DNA of 64,000 nt from Mytilus edulis (taxonomy: Eukaryota): positions 34,224,001 through 34,288,000 of the forward strand of contig NC_092352.1 in NCBI RefSeq assembly GCF_963676685.1, in the 5' to 3' direction. Made by a program: the position numbers and the translations under genes. Below, piece by piece: positions 39,401-46,009 of this stretch. Numbering within the stretch: position 1 is the first letter of the stretch; each line of letters begins with the position of its first letter. The notes beneath the pieces are model-generated. The model had not been told where the DNA came from, did not search any database, and worked only from the letters and a program-made list of their open reading frames with translations.

Positions 39401-42400
39401 TATTTTCGTCATTTGAACAAAATTGATAAACTTCCCGGACATTTCAACTTTATTTAAATTATAATATTTCCCTTAGGATTATAATTTGCAGTATGCTTGT
39501 CGTAGTTTCGTCATTTCAACGTATTTTCGTCATACTTTATATAAATATATTCATCATAAACTTTCGACAACTTCGATTAAAAAGAATGAACTTTATTCAA
39601 AACGTAAATATTTTCACTTGCAAACAGGTGCTTCCTGTTCAATGCATTGCGCATGCGTAAAAGTTCGTAGATGAATCCGGTTTTATTCTAAAATTATTAT
39701 TCAATTGTCACTTCCCGTTTTCATTTCATTTCGTTTAAAAATCGAAAGTAAACGTGATCTACAGTCTACAGTCATTAGAATTGTCCCATTAAGTATAGAT
39801 GCAGATCCTTCTATCCAATATTAAAGAAATTGATTCCAAATAGATATTAAAACGTATTTTCAAGGATATAAATGATTGTGAAGTGAAAAAGTCGTTACAA
39901 GTTCATTTGTGCAGTGGTTAAAAATAAAGGCACCCAACTTTTGTTGATAAGGGGTGTGCCCTGAAAATAACTGAAGTGAAGTTTTGACCATATTACCAGA
40001 TCCCTGTTCTTATCTTCATATCTTAGCATCACATCAGTCAATTCATTCAATATTGCAAATAACTGCCTACATTAGCAATCCTAAAGTCTTCAAAGATCCT
40101 AGACTAGTCCTTGAAGGACTTGGACATATATGTATAGCTAGTTTGATAAACATCCTAGATCCCTTGCTTTATAAAAAAATAAGGCTGATTTTTATCACGC
40201 GCAAAAGTGACTAAAGCCCTCAAAATCCTAGCTAAAACCCTGACTATATTGTTTTACAAAACTTAACTGGAACTAGGGCTTGCATTCACTTGCACATCTA
40301 AAACAACACATAATATGTTGAGGGTTTCTTAACATGCAAATTATACAAAATAAAATAAAATGCCTTTGTATTGAAAAAACTTGTAAACATAAATATATTT
40401 TGAAAAAAAAATTTCATGCAAGAAAATATTAAGTGCTATTATACATCATACAAAAGAAAACAAATAAAAGTGTGTGTTAACTGAAATAAGCAGATTATTA
40501 ATTACACTTAAATATTTAAATACAAATATTTCTAAAAAGAAAAAAAAATAACTAACATATTGTTGCAACAAATATTGAATGAAAAGACAGATCACATCTT
40601 TTTTCTAATCTATACCTTTGCCTGCTGGTTGTGGGAGAGAAAATCCTGGCATCTGATAGAGTGATCCTGAACTAGCTTGAGTTGGTTTAATTTCCACAAA
40701 GCCACAAGTTGTCAAAGAACCAACCAGTAATAAGAGATTTCTCAATGCCTGTGTGGATTCCATACTAGTGTCCAATTCTAATCTGATGTAAATAAATATA
40801 CATTGTTATTAAAGCATCTTTAGCCTTATTATTTGAATTACTTCAAAACATGGACAAAACCGTGATCCAGTGGTTTAGACAATTCAGTTAGTATGCATAC
40901 GTTGTTGTTGGTCTTTTTCTTAATTTCTTTTTGTTTATTGAAAATTTATTTAACTCAGACATACATGATATTTAATTTGTGTTGCTATCCAGAATTTGCT
41001 TCATCGTTTAAGTATGCTTACTCTGTGGAAAACCTTACTTTGAGCATAAGATCAACACATTGTTTTTGTCATGAAGATACTTTCACATGATCACTACTTT
41101 TGTTACATGGCAGTTGGATACTAAAGACAGTAAGTTTAATATCATCTTGGGTTGAACAAATCAATTGTTACTTGACAACAGAACTGAGATTTCTAATCTT
41201 TTGCATAAAATATGAGTAAAACTCTGTTTTCAAAAATCAGCGTTTTTCATTTCTTATAATTGCATTTTTTTTCAATCTGCAGCAAAACAATTCATCCAAA
41301 CTAGCTTTGTCTTCCTTATGAAATATAAAAGGATTAATCTATAAGTTTGACATTTTACCTCAAATAGTTCATTAGTATGAACTAGATATTTTATAACGAA
41401 AATATAACATTCAACATTATATTTTAGTGTAAGATGGAGATTATCACACACTTCATCTGCTGACCAATCATCTGTTTAATCAGTTTGTTTATTGTTGCTA
41501 TTTTTAGACCTTACATATGTATAAACAGATCAAATTATAATTACCTTAATAAAAATTCACATAAATAGTTATATCCCTGACAAGATTTGAAGTCTTCCAT
41601 TAATATCTGCGACACTTCACTAGAATCTTTCAGAAAACAAAACACAGTAACAAACATCTCAACTTGTTCTATGGGAGATAACTCTTGGATACGCTGCATG
41701 TTTTCTATACAGTGTCTAACACATCCTTTGTCTGAAAAGTATAACCTTTTTATTTTAATTTATAAGAATACAAAAGTAAAACAAAATAACCTTTACCAGA
41801 TAAAATAACAATACATTTTTATTAGATGCCCATATCAAGCAGCAAGTTTATTTAAACAAGTTGCCAGCTTCTTTTTCATTCTTTTATGTTAATCAAATTA
41901 CAAAAACAATGTCAACTGTTTGTATTTATATAAATTGCTATTGGAAAACTGAAACCATTCTATTCTGAAAAGTAACTTTTTAACATAATACACTTCCCGT
42001 TTATTTCCAGACAATTCAGAAACTTAAGTGATCATTGTATATCAGCTTATGAATGTAAAAAGTCAATTACATTTTTAAAATCAAATCCTATATACATCTA
42101 CCTACTTAGTGTTGTAGTAACAAACTGTAACATGAGATTTTGGTATTTAGACCTGTTCAATGACTCCAGAACTGCTATTGTCCACTTCTCTAGTAAGAGA
42201 AAAGACAGATCAGCTGTTGGTCAGGATTTAATGTGTCAAGAAATGGCAGCAACTTTTCTTGACACATTAAATATTTGTTTATTTTTCCTGTCAGTTGTTT
42301 GACCTGGATTATGTCCCTTTATGTAAATTCTCTAGTGTTCTGCATCTGTGTAAAGTTTCATCAATGTTCATCACACATTTTTGGAAAAGTTGTGCTTAAA

Positions 42401-45311
42401 AGGCAGATGGGAAGACAGATGAAATAACGGACTGATCAACAGACAGGGCAATAAACATATACCCCTCTAAAACTTTGTTAGTTGGTTGTACATATATCCA
42501 ACGAAGGATGTCTGTCTAATTCATTGTAGTGTATACCCATAATAGATGACTTTAAATTGGTCTAAAAGTTAATGTAATATTAAGCAAATTTATTAATCCT
42601 ATTTACCATGTATATATTTTACTACATTTGGGATCAGTCCGTGTCTTGACAGAGTCACTAACACTTCTCCAGCACTTTTTCTCCATACCACATTATGAGG
42701 AGGGCACCAGCTTGTAATTGCACTAAACAGTAAACTAAGATCGTCTTTTTTTGCAAGTTCTTCTGCTGGGGAAGAATAATTACATAATCTGACCAAAACC
42801 TGAAAAAAAGATAAAGATCAAATGCATAACCTAATACCAACACATAAAATAAAGTCAGACATGATAGTGCAGAGTAACCATATACATGTTCTAAGAAGAA
42901 TTAGCTCCTTGTATTACAATGGTGAATAACAGATTGTGCATCAATAAAGTCAGACATGATAGTACAGAGTAACCATATACATGTTCTAAGAAGAATTAGC
43001 TCCTTGTATTACAATGGTGAATAACAGATGATGCATCAGTTTAATAAATATAAAAAGTCTAGTGCCATATTTTGTAAATAAACAATTGTAAAGAAGGCAA
43101 AGTAATATCTGAAGTATGACAAAGCCTTTCAGTCCTAATTAAAACTTCTATCAAACAGATACAGTAAATTCAGAAATTATTGCTTCCATTCAATATTGAG
43201 AATTTTAAAGAATGGACTAAAAAGCAAGATTAATTTTTGGGATTTCCAGAATAGTTGCATACAATTATATTGATCCTATATTAGAATGCAATTTTTTTAT
43301 AATTGCCATTTTTCAATTATTGTCATACTCATTCATTCGCATTTTTAGCATTACTAAAAAATTTGTAACAATTTCTGAAATTATAGTTTACCTGAACAAA
43401 CACTTTCTGTAATAAAATTCTTCTTTCTGTGTGTGTAAAGTTGCAGCCAGGTTCAACTGCATCTCCATCAAGAATTTCTGGTAGGTCAAAGAATAAGTAG
43501 AGACATTTAACAAGAGTTGATGGCAGAGAAGCTCCTGTCATGTTGTCTATCAAAGCTTGTCCACCAGAAGATAAGAGAGTTAAAGCCTGAAGTAACATCC
43601 AACCATTACTAGCTTCTTCTGACGAGTTTATCTCTAGAAATCTCACTATTGCACAACTTGCTGCTTCTGTAAGAAGGTAAAAATGTTGCATTATTAATTG
43701 ATGATATTACACAATATTTAGCTCCCTTTTAACTTTTTTTAATACTTTAAACTTTTTGTTTGGCCTATGGTTTTGCTATAATGGAAAGACCAAATTACTC
43801 AACAATGCCAGCTGTTGTAGAAGGAATGTTGTTAAATACCTATGCAATGTCTGATCTTTTTACTTTGAATGTTAGTTCGTCCATATCTATAGAATTTCTT
43901 AACAGAAAAATAATGAAATTTTTTGTAGATGATCAAAACTTAATTTTATAGAACAATATATCAAAACGCTTGATGATACATTTTATAAATGATAATCTTG
44001 CTGATGTTAATCAAACCTGTAGATTGATTTGAAGCCCTCCTTCTTATCTCAGTGACCATTAATTTAGATAAGTGGCTAGAAAACTGTAAAATATCACCAA
44101 ACTTCTCCATCATTTCACTGGATGGTACCTCTCCAAAGGTCTGTAAAATAATGTTACATTTTAATAGATTTTTTTCCTCATTTATTTCTGTAGGAGAAAA
44201 TATAGCATTTCTCCACATCAATTTAAAGTTTTTCAAAATTCTACAACTTAAATGTCATATAACAAGAAACTGCACTCATATATAAATCTTAAGCAAACAT
44301 TTAACATCATTTCAAAAACATTGTCAATATCTTCGGATCATTAGTTAATTCTAAACATAGGATTTACCTCAATTTATATCCATCCAATTAGATAACAATA
44401 CACAATTTCAAAAACTAAATACTGAATAAAATCAATCCATGGTGAAAACAGGTGCTCCAGAAGGGTAAGCAGTTTCTGCTCCATTAATAGCGCCAACAAA
44501 CTTGTGTTGTCAGATAGTGTATCCCCAAAAAAGATTCTTTATAGTCATGACTTTTAATCATTTAATTTGGTCTCAAACCTCTGATGTCTGATTGCCTTTA
44601 TTTAACAGTAATGGTTTCAACTTTTTTTCATGTGCAAATTCACATTTATTATTCACCAATTAATACACCTTATCCTTATTTAGTCCAATCCGGGAAAAAC
44701 AGTCATTTTACAACTTCCTGTTTGGGTCATGCCGCCGAAAATAGAGGTCATCAGTAGTGGGCTGAGGGAGGAAAAACTTTAGAAAGCAATCATCAAGAAA
44801 CTTTAATAGAGTATGGTCTACTTTTTTCGAAATTAAAATCGAGGTAAAAAAATATTTTGTTTGAAGTAATAATAGTATTTACGGTAGTTTAAACAGTTTA
44901 AATATCATGCATGGTGAATTGTTTAAACAGGGTCCCAGATAGCTTCAACTGGATGAAAAAGTTGTGTAATTTTAGAACTTATCCGGAATGGAATGAATAG
45001 CGATTAGGTGTATTTCTTTGTTCCCTTTCATATGGAAACTAAAATTTATCATTCAACAATTAATTTCCTTGTTCCTTCTAGGATCGTTTGGAATACAGTG
45101 TACTTGCAATAAATGTCAGATAAACAAAAGTTGTATACATTACCTTGCAAAACAATGGTATCATTGTATACAATTTTTCTTCTTGTTCATCTTGAGATGC
45201 CCTTCTGTTTGGGTGTCGGAATTCAGCAAACAATTTTCGAAGATGATTTAATCCCAGGCTCATATCTGTATGGTGTTTACCTGGCATCATCTTCTTAATA
45301 AAGTTAGCCAT
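190..45311 (-). CDS. WDFY3: WDFY3/ALFY (autophagy-linked FYVE, BEACH family) ortholog; 39 coding exons, N-terminal ~2096 aa, 3' part outside window
   Basis: Spliced translation follows vertebrate WDFY3 (recalled, not aligned) colinearly: LGLNHLRKLF, VTEIRRRASN, KCLYLFFDLP, SAITSWCPPHN, RESHRSRTVFRRVGGF, VPLTRVKCLVSMTTP, EGQWHHLVL, LNSHILHLTFSL, HPARKFVVDF, LNRTILYQ. All junctions are GT-AG with matching phases. Confidence 0.96.
900..971 (-). CDS. WDFY3: WDFY3 coding exon 38
   Basis: VFMRESKEVFEFISKLIAQAKRK. Confidence 0.91.
1091..1497 (+). mobile_element. Helentron-type non-autonomous element (HINE/DINE-like), family A, 3'-truncated
   Basis: Starts aacaagaatgtgtcc...ggatgcccc; two ~165-bp core units; GGAC/AGAC microsatellite. 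Confidence 0.75.
1596..1797 (-). CDS. WDFY3: WDFY3 coding exon 37
   Basis: ASPDNASRQQRHEFQT...AADVLLGE...RVVDKLWQ. Confidence 0.94.
2133..3841 (+). mobile_element. HINE family B carrying nine ~166-bp satellite monomers
   Basis: 5' gctcacct and 3' aggtgagc subterminal IR; units start at about 2273, 2439, 2605, 2770, 2940, 3106, 3272, 3438, 3603; (GAC)n tract; terminal hairpin gctcacttggcccttcgggccaggtgagc. Confidence 0.82.
3992..4107 (-). CDS. WDFY3: WDFY3 coding exon 36
   Basis: VLSEHPARKFVVDFLRTIILD...VVLD. Confidence 0.93.
4154..4445 (+). mobile_element. HINE family A copy
   Basis: Same 5' end, one core unit, microsatellite, 3' stem-loop atgccc..gggcat then A-run. Confidence 0.8.
4866..4923 (-). 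CDS. WDFY3: WDFY3 coding exon 35
   Basis: PFPDADGYIHIKTPDPSRA; cag/gtaagt; supplies the phase 0 to 1 change that the neighbours require. Confidence 0.82.
5219..5422 (-). CDS. WDFY3: WDFY3 coding exon 34
   Basis: ESDQKCSTWLQEYPVTLMQFLLFLYHNQPD... Confidence 0.93.
5844..5987 (-). CDS. WDFY3: WDFY3 coding exon 33
   Basis: LNLDQVWTVIFGVPAS...IRHMLNQ. Confidence 0.93.
6406..6590 (-). CDS. WDFY3: WDFY3 coding exon 32
   Basis: GLNIG...NREVCQVPGF...LPKHANV...LPSDVQ. Confidence 0.93.
7174..7391 (-). CDS. WDFY3: WDFY3 coding exon 31
   Basis: MSDEIQKVLGFDWLLLFM...KFREGSLGGGWL...VML. Confidence 0.94.
7805..7874. repeat. 35-bp perfect tandem duplication
   Basis: attataaacacattcacaaataggattcagaaaca x2. 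Confidence 0.9.
8023..8131 (-). CDS. WDFY3: WDFY3 coding exon 30
   Basis: DDEQVSSYTIKLRNICLNVIHQLI...; phases 1/2 fit neighbours. Confidence 0.88.
8434..8552 (-). CDS. WDFY3: WDFY3 coding exon 29
   Basis: FGQFIVSTLPQMSNSEKNV... Confidence 0.92.
8977..9138 (-). CDS. WDFY3: WDFY3 coding exon 28
   Basis: SEQISNFQLMRDIGLVSRLL...SLLR. Confidence 0.92.
10012..10583. mobile_element. Kolobok-like MITE
   Basis: TIR AGTCATATGAAAC / GTTTCATACGACT flanked by TTAA on both sides; purine-purine termini. Confidence 0.7.
11087..11408. mobile_element. Foldback-type element (long hairpin plus second short IR)
   Basis: ~46-bp arms at about 11087-11133 and 11163-11208; ttatcgcac...gtgcgataa pair. Confidence 0.6.
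11961..12134. mobile_element. Degenerate Tc1/mariner-type MITE
   Basis: TA-CATTCAAACCTGT ... ACAGGTTTGACT ends. Confidence 0.55.
12186..12640 (+). mobile_element. HINE family A copy
   Basis: Two core units; 3' hairpin atgcccctctactatcgtaggtggggcat. Confidence 0.8.
12851..12924 (-). CDS. WDFY3: WDFY3 coding exon 27
   Basis: VWHEAPFDLQKSLYEHFFELLTES. Confidence 0.93.
13186..13332 (+). repeat. Dispersed repeat family D (other copies at 16117-16220 -, 21590-21870 +, related 47490-47622 -)
   Basis: gtgttgaaggccgtac..tgacctataat...gagagttgtctcattggcactcataccacat shared. Confidence 0.8.
13502..13654 (-). CDS. WDFY3: WDFY3 coding exon 26
   Basis: TLSMLYKKKQHLLNSHILHLTFSLIGTVDSG...DLLCDLE. Confidence 0.93.
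13601..13780. repeat. ~91-bp tandem duplication including the exon 26 acceptor and first ~54 coding nt
   Basis: taagatatgactgttcaata...aagcatgga.agtgtct at 13601 and 13692. Confidence 0.85.
13779..14329 (+). mobile_element. HINE family A copy interrupted by a Harbinger MITE
   Basis: Family A ends; insertion splits the cataatgccc motif. Confidence 0.8.
14056..14303. mobile_element. PIF/Harbinger (Tourist-like) MITE, 248 bp
   Basis: ~40-bp TIRs GGCCTAAA..ATATTGTTTGTTTCCCC(C)AATCCCGACC; TAA TSD at 14053-14055 and 14304-14306. Confidence 0.85.
14522..14712 (-). CDS. WDFY3: WDFY3 coding exon 25
   Basis: GVRTFCPK...LYAAVKALVCVVKSN...GYQ. Confidence 0.94.
14958..15069 (-). CDS. WDFY3: WDFY3 coding exon 24
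   Basis: LAMSAHDNATPIRILPNSAGHMNGPARSLGAILIGYL. Confidence 0.94.
15389..15528 (-). CDS. WDFY3: WDFY3 coding exon 23
   Basis: DEVDFQGPYINEEKVMYG...IRKAYNKIDSKSIAKQ. Confidence 0.92.
15864..16092 (-). CDS. WDFY3: WDFY3 coding exon 22
   Basis: LHYVSPN...AYIGSPP...YNLGPIYIGSFQA. Confidence 0.93.
16620..16795 (-). CDS. WDFY3: WDFY3 coding exon 21
   Basis: GSEIDE...EGQWHHLVLIF...LFVDGDHVNTQK. Confidence 0.93.
17144..17362 (-). CDS. WDFY3: WDFY3 coding exon 20 (start of ConA/laminin-G-like region)
   Basis: GERVFPPQAGMTFSTWFCV...LIVSTEEHLLPNT. Confidence 0.94.
18039..18433 (-). CDS. WDFY3: WDFY3 coding exon 19
   Basis: RDFLRLGSPLNC...VPLTRVKCLVSMTTP...GGIGT. Confidence 0.95.
18788..19002 (-). 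CDS. WDFY3: WDFY3 coding exon 18
   Basis: PALALQINTAELLKSLLHTERNQQIMCE...MFERLASQSL. Confidence 0.93.
19164..21404 (+). mobile_element. HINE family C with composite internal tandem arrays
   Basis: Subterminal IR tttatacgaccgca / tgcggtcgtataaa; ~35-bp, ~120-bp and ~160-bp (GGGCCC-containing) arrays; (GAC)n. Confidence 0.8.
21919..22150 (-). CDS. WDFY3: WDFY3 coding exon 17
   Basis: PTSSQAK...DQIIVHPGAVLSLFHLL...DDKK. Confidence 0.9.
22428..22514 (-). CDS. WDFY3: WDFY3 coding exon 16
   Basis: DYNGIPMTLLSACVMLKYLYNMAQDIFD; phase 2 matches exon 15 across the DIRS insertion. Confidence 0.88.
22847..22944. repeat. DIRS internal complementary region (ICR)
   Basis: First half is the reverse complement of the left terminus (22620-22677); second half is the reverse complement of the right terminus (28147-28186). 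Confidence 0.95.
22953..25988 (-). CDS. DIRS tyrosine recombinase ORF (long Ser-rich N-terminal region overlapping pol; YR in the C-terminal ~350 aa)
   Basis: SAM-like STSIVYDAKWSIFSDWC; catalytic ASGRRRSEI (R), AHDVRG (HxxR), GFW, SHYL (Y). Frame is open from the gag stop codon; the track start 25880 is GTG. Confidence 0.93.
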   Translation of the reverse strand, partial: VLAPSYVIDSFPRGKFTTSSSKINTSRGEVKFFPKSVEENYLRLLCAVNNSRGINTSVQEPTSSICSSNKFVSYTRPSQVSTSISRSGHYVTKSCNRGGVDLNSVSGILFPSFSGSKEDWRNEASHRPIYSEQISYCSPLQNGNKQIHQGFNPSRNVDYFSGSFRRVFPHSHFQNLQEIPSLRLEQQSFPVQGSPFWPVYSPFGFYQNHAGSYSSPTFPVYSDSFLSGRFPSQGILPNQIEGSDRLGHQLFSVPRLPYLLEKVRDNSVSRLCFPGRTFPNQCRPSPPTRGEIYKTMSENTFIPDGSISHSTSILATSGSIELSGRCNSIGTTSHSSASVLSAQVMDCSFTRMGSIDSNHSAFISTPSMVVSTGKCNEGPMSVPSSSQSNIIHRCLHPRLGSISGGAYNLGSLESRSFGRAYQCIGNESSSVCTESFPNVSKESVCHSGHGQHNSCSLSQESGRNSFTFSLSDSQRHSPSVFSTPGSSSGETYCGAPQYSSRHSIQIPCSSKHGVGTTSSSFQSCDSSLGVTSDRSVCDQSQSQTSNICVSGSRSKIFCGRRNEPILERNVRVRLPSFQVSLPSTSENSRGKLQDHSYCSSMAKTVLVSRPSAPIMCLSSGSTSETRPSVSNQGQGSLSKSRKTSTTRLASLRVSLRKRGFSEGATKHLTKSVRDSTSIVYDAKWSIFSDWCSEREIDPFQVTVQQLADFLVFLFESKGLCPSTIKGYRSAISRTIHISGGPDFGINEHISLLVRSFSLERPRQKTLVPKWDLGLVLSFLKLPPFEPAETIDLRFLSYKCCFLLALASGRRRSEIHAFSISDACLRFNRDKSSVTLLTDPAFLAKNQIPDKGAEPVVIPALPSDSISVLLCPVRILSIYLERTCSLRSVSNSRLFIPIKKGISDLSVKTISTWICKCISLAYGSSKAELLNSFNVKAHDVRGISTSWALFNSASLEEVLSAGFWRNENSFLSHYLQSMATFAESLYSLGPIVSAQRLNFPPVSSVTGDSALR
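23870..26179 (-). CDS. pol: DIRS pol: reverse transcriptase, RNase H and methyltransferase-like domain
   Basis: RT motifs YSRLFLVPKKTGGMRPVIDL, LDLSDAYFHIPI, LPFGL, YLDD; RNase H motifs FTDAS, HINVLE, TDN, NILADTLSR; MT-like IDLFA...YAFPPF...PAWPKQSWF. First ATG is at 26179; the track start 26257 is TTG. Confidence 0.95.
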   Translation of the reverse strand: MARGRLMLHLVLIVLLLQVVPLLLLRKGRITTANRRTNPITQEKAQVSLLVVLRVPRNLGLVPRFLPPRTLLTASPGENLQQVPQKSIPVGGRLSFFLNQWKKITSDCYVLSIIRGGLTLQFKNPPPLSAVPISLSHTQDPVKCQLLSVEVDTMLQKAAIEEVSILTLSPGFYSRLFLVPKKTGGMRPVIDLSILNKFLIVPHFKMETNRSIRASILPGMWTTSLDLSDAYFHIPISKTYRKYLRFVWNNKVFQFKALPFGLSTAPLAFTKIMQAAIAHLHSLSIQIHSYLDDSLLKEFCPIKLRVQTDLVINCFLSLGFLISWKKSEIIPSQDFVFLGEHFLTSVGLVLPPEEKFTKLCQKILLFLTVQSVTARQFLQLLGLLNSLADVIPLGRLHIRPLQFYLHKLWIAASQEWEALIPITQPLFPHLQWWLVRENVMRGLCLSPQVPSLTLFTDASTLGWGAYLEGLTISGVWSPDLLEEHINVLEMKAVLFALNHFQMSLKNQSVILATDNTTVVAYLKNQGGTHSPSLYQIARDILLLCFQLQVHLVVRHIAGHLNILADTLSRSLAPVNTEWELLQVVFKAVTLHWGSPQIDLFATSLNHKLLTFVSPVPDPKSFAVDAMSLSWKGMFGYAFPPFRFLSPVLQKIAGENCKIIVIAPAWPKQSWFPDLLRLSCACPLVLPLRPDLLSQIKGKVLYQNPEKLQLHAWLLSGLASEREVFLKEQPSISQSLSETPLALSMMQNGQSSQIGVVSGKLILSKSLYNN
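25989..27854 (-). CDS. gag: DIRS ORF1 (Gag-like), 621 aa from first ATG (MDFNLNSP)
   Basis: First ORF of the element; S/P/T-rich N-terminus and basic C-terminus. The ORF-track start at 27941 is TTG. Confidence 0.8.
   Translation of the reverse strand: MDFNLNSPYVSIPGSDYLLDGSLPLSPPQTTSTLTGVSTTVSGIATYPTLSQGSAMHFGGVPTSTSVTHTLSRSVNSAGTISSVPGTAMGLNLPGSRPPLSYCGYMLPNTGTQPLPSWSQPPWPQSYPYGGFMPNQPGFWPYRDNFYGPPSGVATAPPLAPALPVAVSLTSAVAPSTTVPDSQASSSSHGTRVSDHASPLDGLQKLLLDFGESFKAEFSTLSSRMTLLENRVSSHQPSPAKSVECDEREDDELSVSPGSHERAFLTDEDVESSSSPKVSKTAPEPSSKSAQQPPTKETEDPPSLKDLRDKVYTLMRDEAHIPFLSPSKPKKPSSTFEASCGISQDTVTSHNSFPESGHMTFALQFINEGIANSASEKVANNNISGFGMSSFSDQVKYKDFDIFDSSLGRLVPTCDKSMSSLLGKKPVDGLRLTQPVWSKTENLLRSASQVLGTAEHFLAATGHLLNSEDSVVPAEVRSFLLQLDKALGSSQLLLMGSIANCTLSKRAEFLENISIAEPLKDSLLKSPLSDKMFGLPLQRVQEELSKNPPPVKVSVQVTNGKRSVNATSSSNSTSASGGPPSSAKKRKNNYGKPQNKPNNSGKSSGKPSGGFKGSKKPGSST
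28170..28177 (-). promoter_or_regulatory. TATA box (TATAAATA) in the DIRS 5' terminus
   Basis: Consensus TATA about 30 nt upstream of where ICR homology to the 5' end stops. Confidence 0.55.
28648..28793 (-). CDS. WDFY3: WDFY3 coding exon 15
   Basis: VRYDSLTEAVRLLGCFS...; donor AA|GTAAGT. Confidence 0.9.
29144..29244 (-). CDS. WDFY3: WDFY3 coding exon 14
   Basis: VRRVDVLSMLKTVFSTITVAMRYEPANAKFFETE. Confidence 0.92.
29423..29710 (+). mobile_element. HINE family A copy
   Basis: Same ends, one core unit, GGAC/GAAC microsatellite. Confidence 0.8.
29740..29878 (-). CDS. WDFY3: WDFY3 coding exon 13
   Basis: ALLNVLRESHRSRTVFRRVGGFVY...PWDQ. Confidence 0.94.
30313..30506 (-). CDS. WDFY3: WDFY3 coding exon 12
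   Basis: DVFRECGGARCAH...GDDDMGTLLGLMHS...ILK. Confidence 0.94.
30576..32636 (+). mobile_element. HINE family C copy
   Basis: Colinear with 19164-21404, with an expanded 35-bp array at about 31140-31380. Confidence 0.8.
32981..33076 (-). CDS. WDFY3: WDFY3 coding exon 11
   Basis: VESEPIDADQQELGSLVMECLTALLSGNSKNA; TAGTAG tandem acceptor. Confidence 0.9.
34101..34261 (-). CDS. WDFY3: WDFY3 coding exon 10
   Basis: STQCNILCMKSLLK...YKDVFRDVGMLEVM...YAALLK. Confidence 0.92.
34488..35060. repeat. 42-bp minisatellite (~14 units) derived from the exon 9 3' end and its splice donor
   Basis: Unit aacttactgatctgatttggtgagtatacttaactatgtgaa. Confidence 0.92.
35040..35137 (-). CDS. WDFY3: WDFY3 coding exon 9
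   Basis: EKFFELLEFIVYDLNFVPCKELISISLLIKSD. Confidence 0.92.
35380..35617. repeat. 16-bp/32-bp dimeric minisatellite
   Basis: Alternating taggcaaattaataaa / tagataaattaataaa. Confidence 0.92.
35642..35788 (-). CDS. WDFY3: WDFY3 coding exon 8
   Basis: GSTSCLCNTILEV...DNANYFILEPQHTMSQF...VQ. Confidence 0.92.
35920..36360 (+). mobile_element. HINE family A copy (diverged), directly abutting a family B copy
   Basis: Same ends, two core units. Confidence 0.75.
36361..37626 (+). mobile_element. HINE family B-type ends with two ~500-bp internal repeats
   Basis: agaggctct..gagcctg..tcgctcacct start; gacgacggacgccaagtg...gtgagctaaaaa end; internal repeat period about 502 (36588 vs 37090). Confidence 0.78.
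38004..38059 (-). CDS. WDFY3: WDFY3 coding exon 7
   Basis: GVSVRNIQAFQVLQSVFLK. Confidence 0.92.
39042..40242. mobile_element. hAT-type non-autonomous transposon, 1201 bp
   Basis: CAG...CTG termini with imperfect 15-bp TIRs (12/15); exact 8-bp TSD ACTATATT at 39034-39041 and 40243-40250. Confidence 0.82.
40616..40782 (-). CDS. WDFY3: WDFY3 coding exon 6
   Basis: RLELDTSMESTQALRNLL...PGFSLPQPAGK. Confidence 0.92.
41545..41731 (-). CDS. WDFY3: WDFY3 coding exon 5
   Basis: DKGCVRHCIENMQ...CFLKDSSEVSQILMEDF...LL (not in the ORF track; read by hand). Confidence 0.92.
42607..42799 (-). CDS. WDFY3: WDFY3 coding exon 4
   Basis: VLVRLCNYSSPAEELAKKDDL...VVKYIH. Confidence 0.94.
42848..43038. repeat. 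95-bp tandem duplication
   Basis: Two near-identical copies starting at 42848 and 42943. Confidence 0.9.
43392..43666 (-). CDS. WDFY3: WDFY3 coding exon 3
   Basis: EAASCAIVRFLEIN...LQKVFVQ. Confidence 0.94.
44017..44140 (-). CDS. WDFY3: WDFY3 coding exon 2
   Basis: TFGEVPSSEMMEKF...RRRASNQST; cag/gt. Confidence 0.93.
44662..45014. mobile_element. Degenerate MITE
   Basis: Imperfect TIR aatacaccttatccttatt / aatagcgattaggtgtatt. Confidence 0.45.
45144..45311 (-). CDS. WDFY3: WDFY3 coding exon 1 (ATG at 45311; acceptor at 45321-45322 leaves 9 nt of UTR)
   Basis: MANFIKKMM...LYTMIPLFCK|GTAATG. Confidence 0.93.
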
Positions 45312-45333
45312 TTTTAAGTCCTAAAAATAGAAT

Positions 45334-45536
45334 TAAAATTGAGAATGGAAATGGGGAATGTGCCAAAGAGACAACAACCCGACCATAGAAAAAAACAACA
45401 GCAGTAGGTCACCAACAGGTCTTCAATGTAGCGAGAAATTCCCGCACCCGGAGGCGTCCTTCAGCTGGCCCCTAAACAAATATATACTAGTTCAGTGATA
45501 ATGAACGCCATACTAATTTCCAAATTGTACACAAGA
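45334..45536 (+). repeat. Dispersed repeat family E (other copies at 22163-22207 +, 30172-30284 -, 58975-59173 -)
   Basis: taaaattgagaatggaaatggggaatgtg.caaagagacaacaac shared among copies. Confidence 0.8.
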
Positions 45537-46009
45537 CAACTAGAAGACTTGTTTCAATAAATAAAATTTACTATTATTTTTATTTGATAGGCCATCATAG
45601 CCGAAACATTTAAAAGAAAAAGAGACAAATTTCTTTTCACGACCATACCCATGCATATCCTTGAACCAAATGAAAAGAGAAATTTTCTTAAAGAACCATC
45701 TTTGATCTGTCCAAGTTTGGTTCATATTGATCCAGCAGTTGAAAGAAAATACTGAAATTGTGAATCCTATCAGGGTTCAATGAGAACCTGTGAACATGAT
45801 GAAGTATTATTGTTTCCAAAAATGCCAACAAAGTCACCCTGGTAAACAATGGTAAATGGTCTACAATTTTTTGTTATTTGGGTTAAAAAATATTTAGTCC
45901 TATGGACATGGGTCATCAAACTTAAATGGCTGAATGTGTTGTTTGACCAATAGGTGGCGGCAAAAGGGCAGTCAGACAGACAAACCTACGAAGATTACGC
46001 AAAACTTAA

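Noticed and set aside
40268-40297. 30-nt in-frame candidate exon (DVQVNASPSS) with a good acceptor
   Set aside because: Donor CCA|GTTAAG is poor and the flanking PAGK|GxSVRN junction is contiguous in the vertebrate protein; unsupported without RNA data
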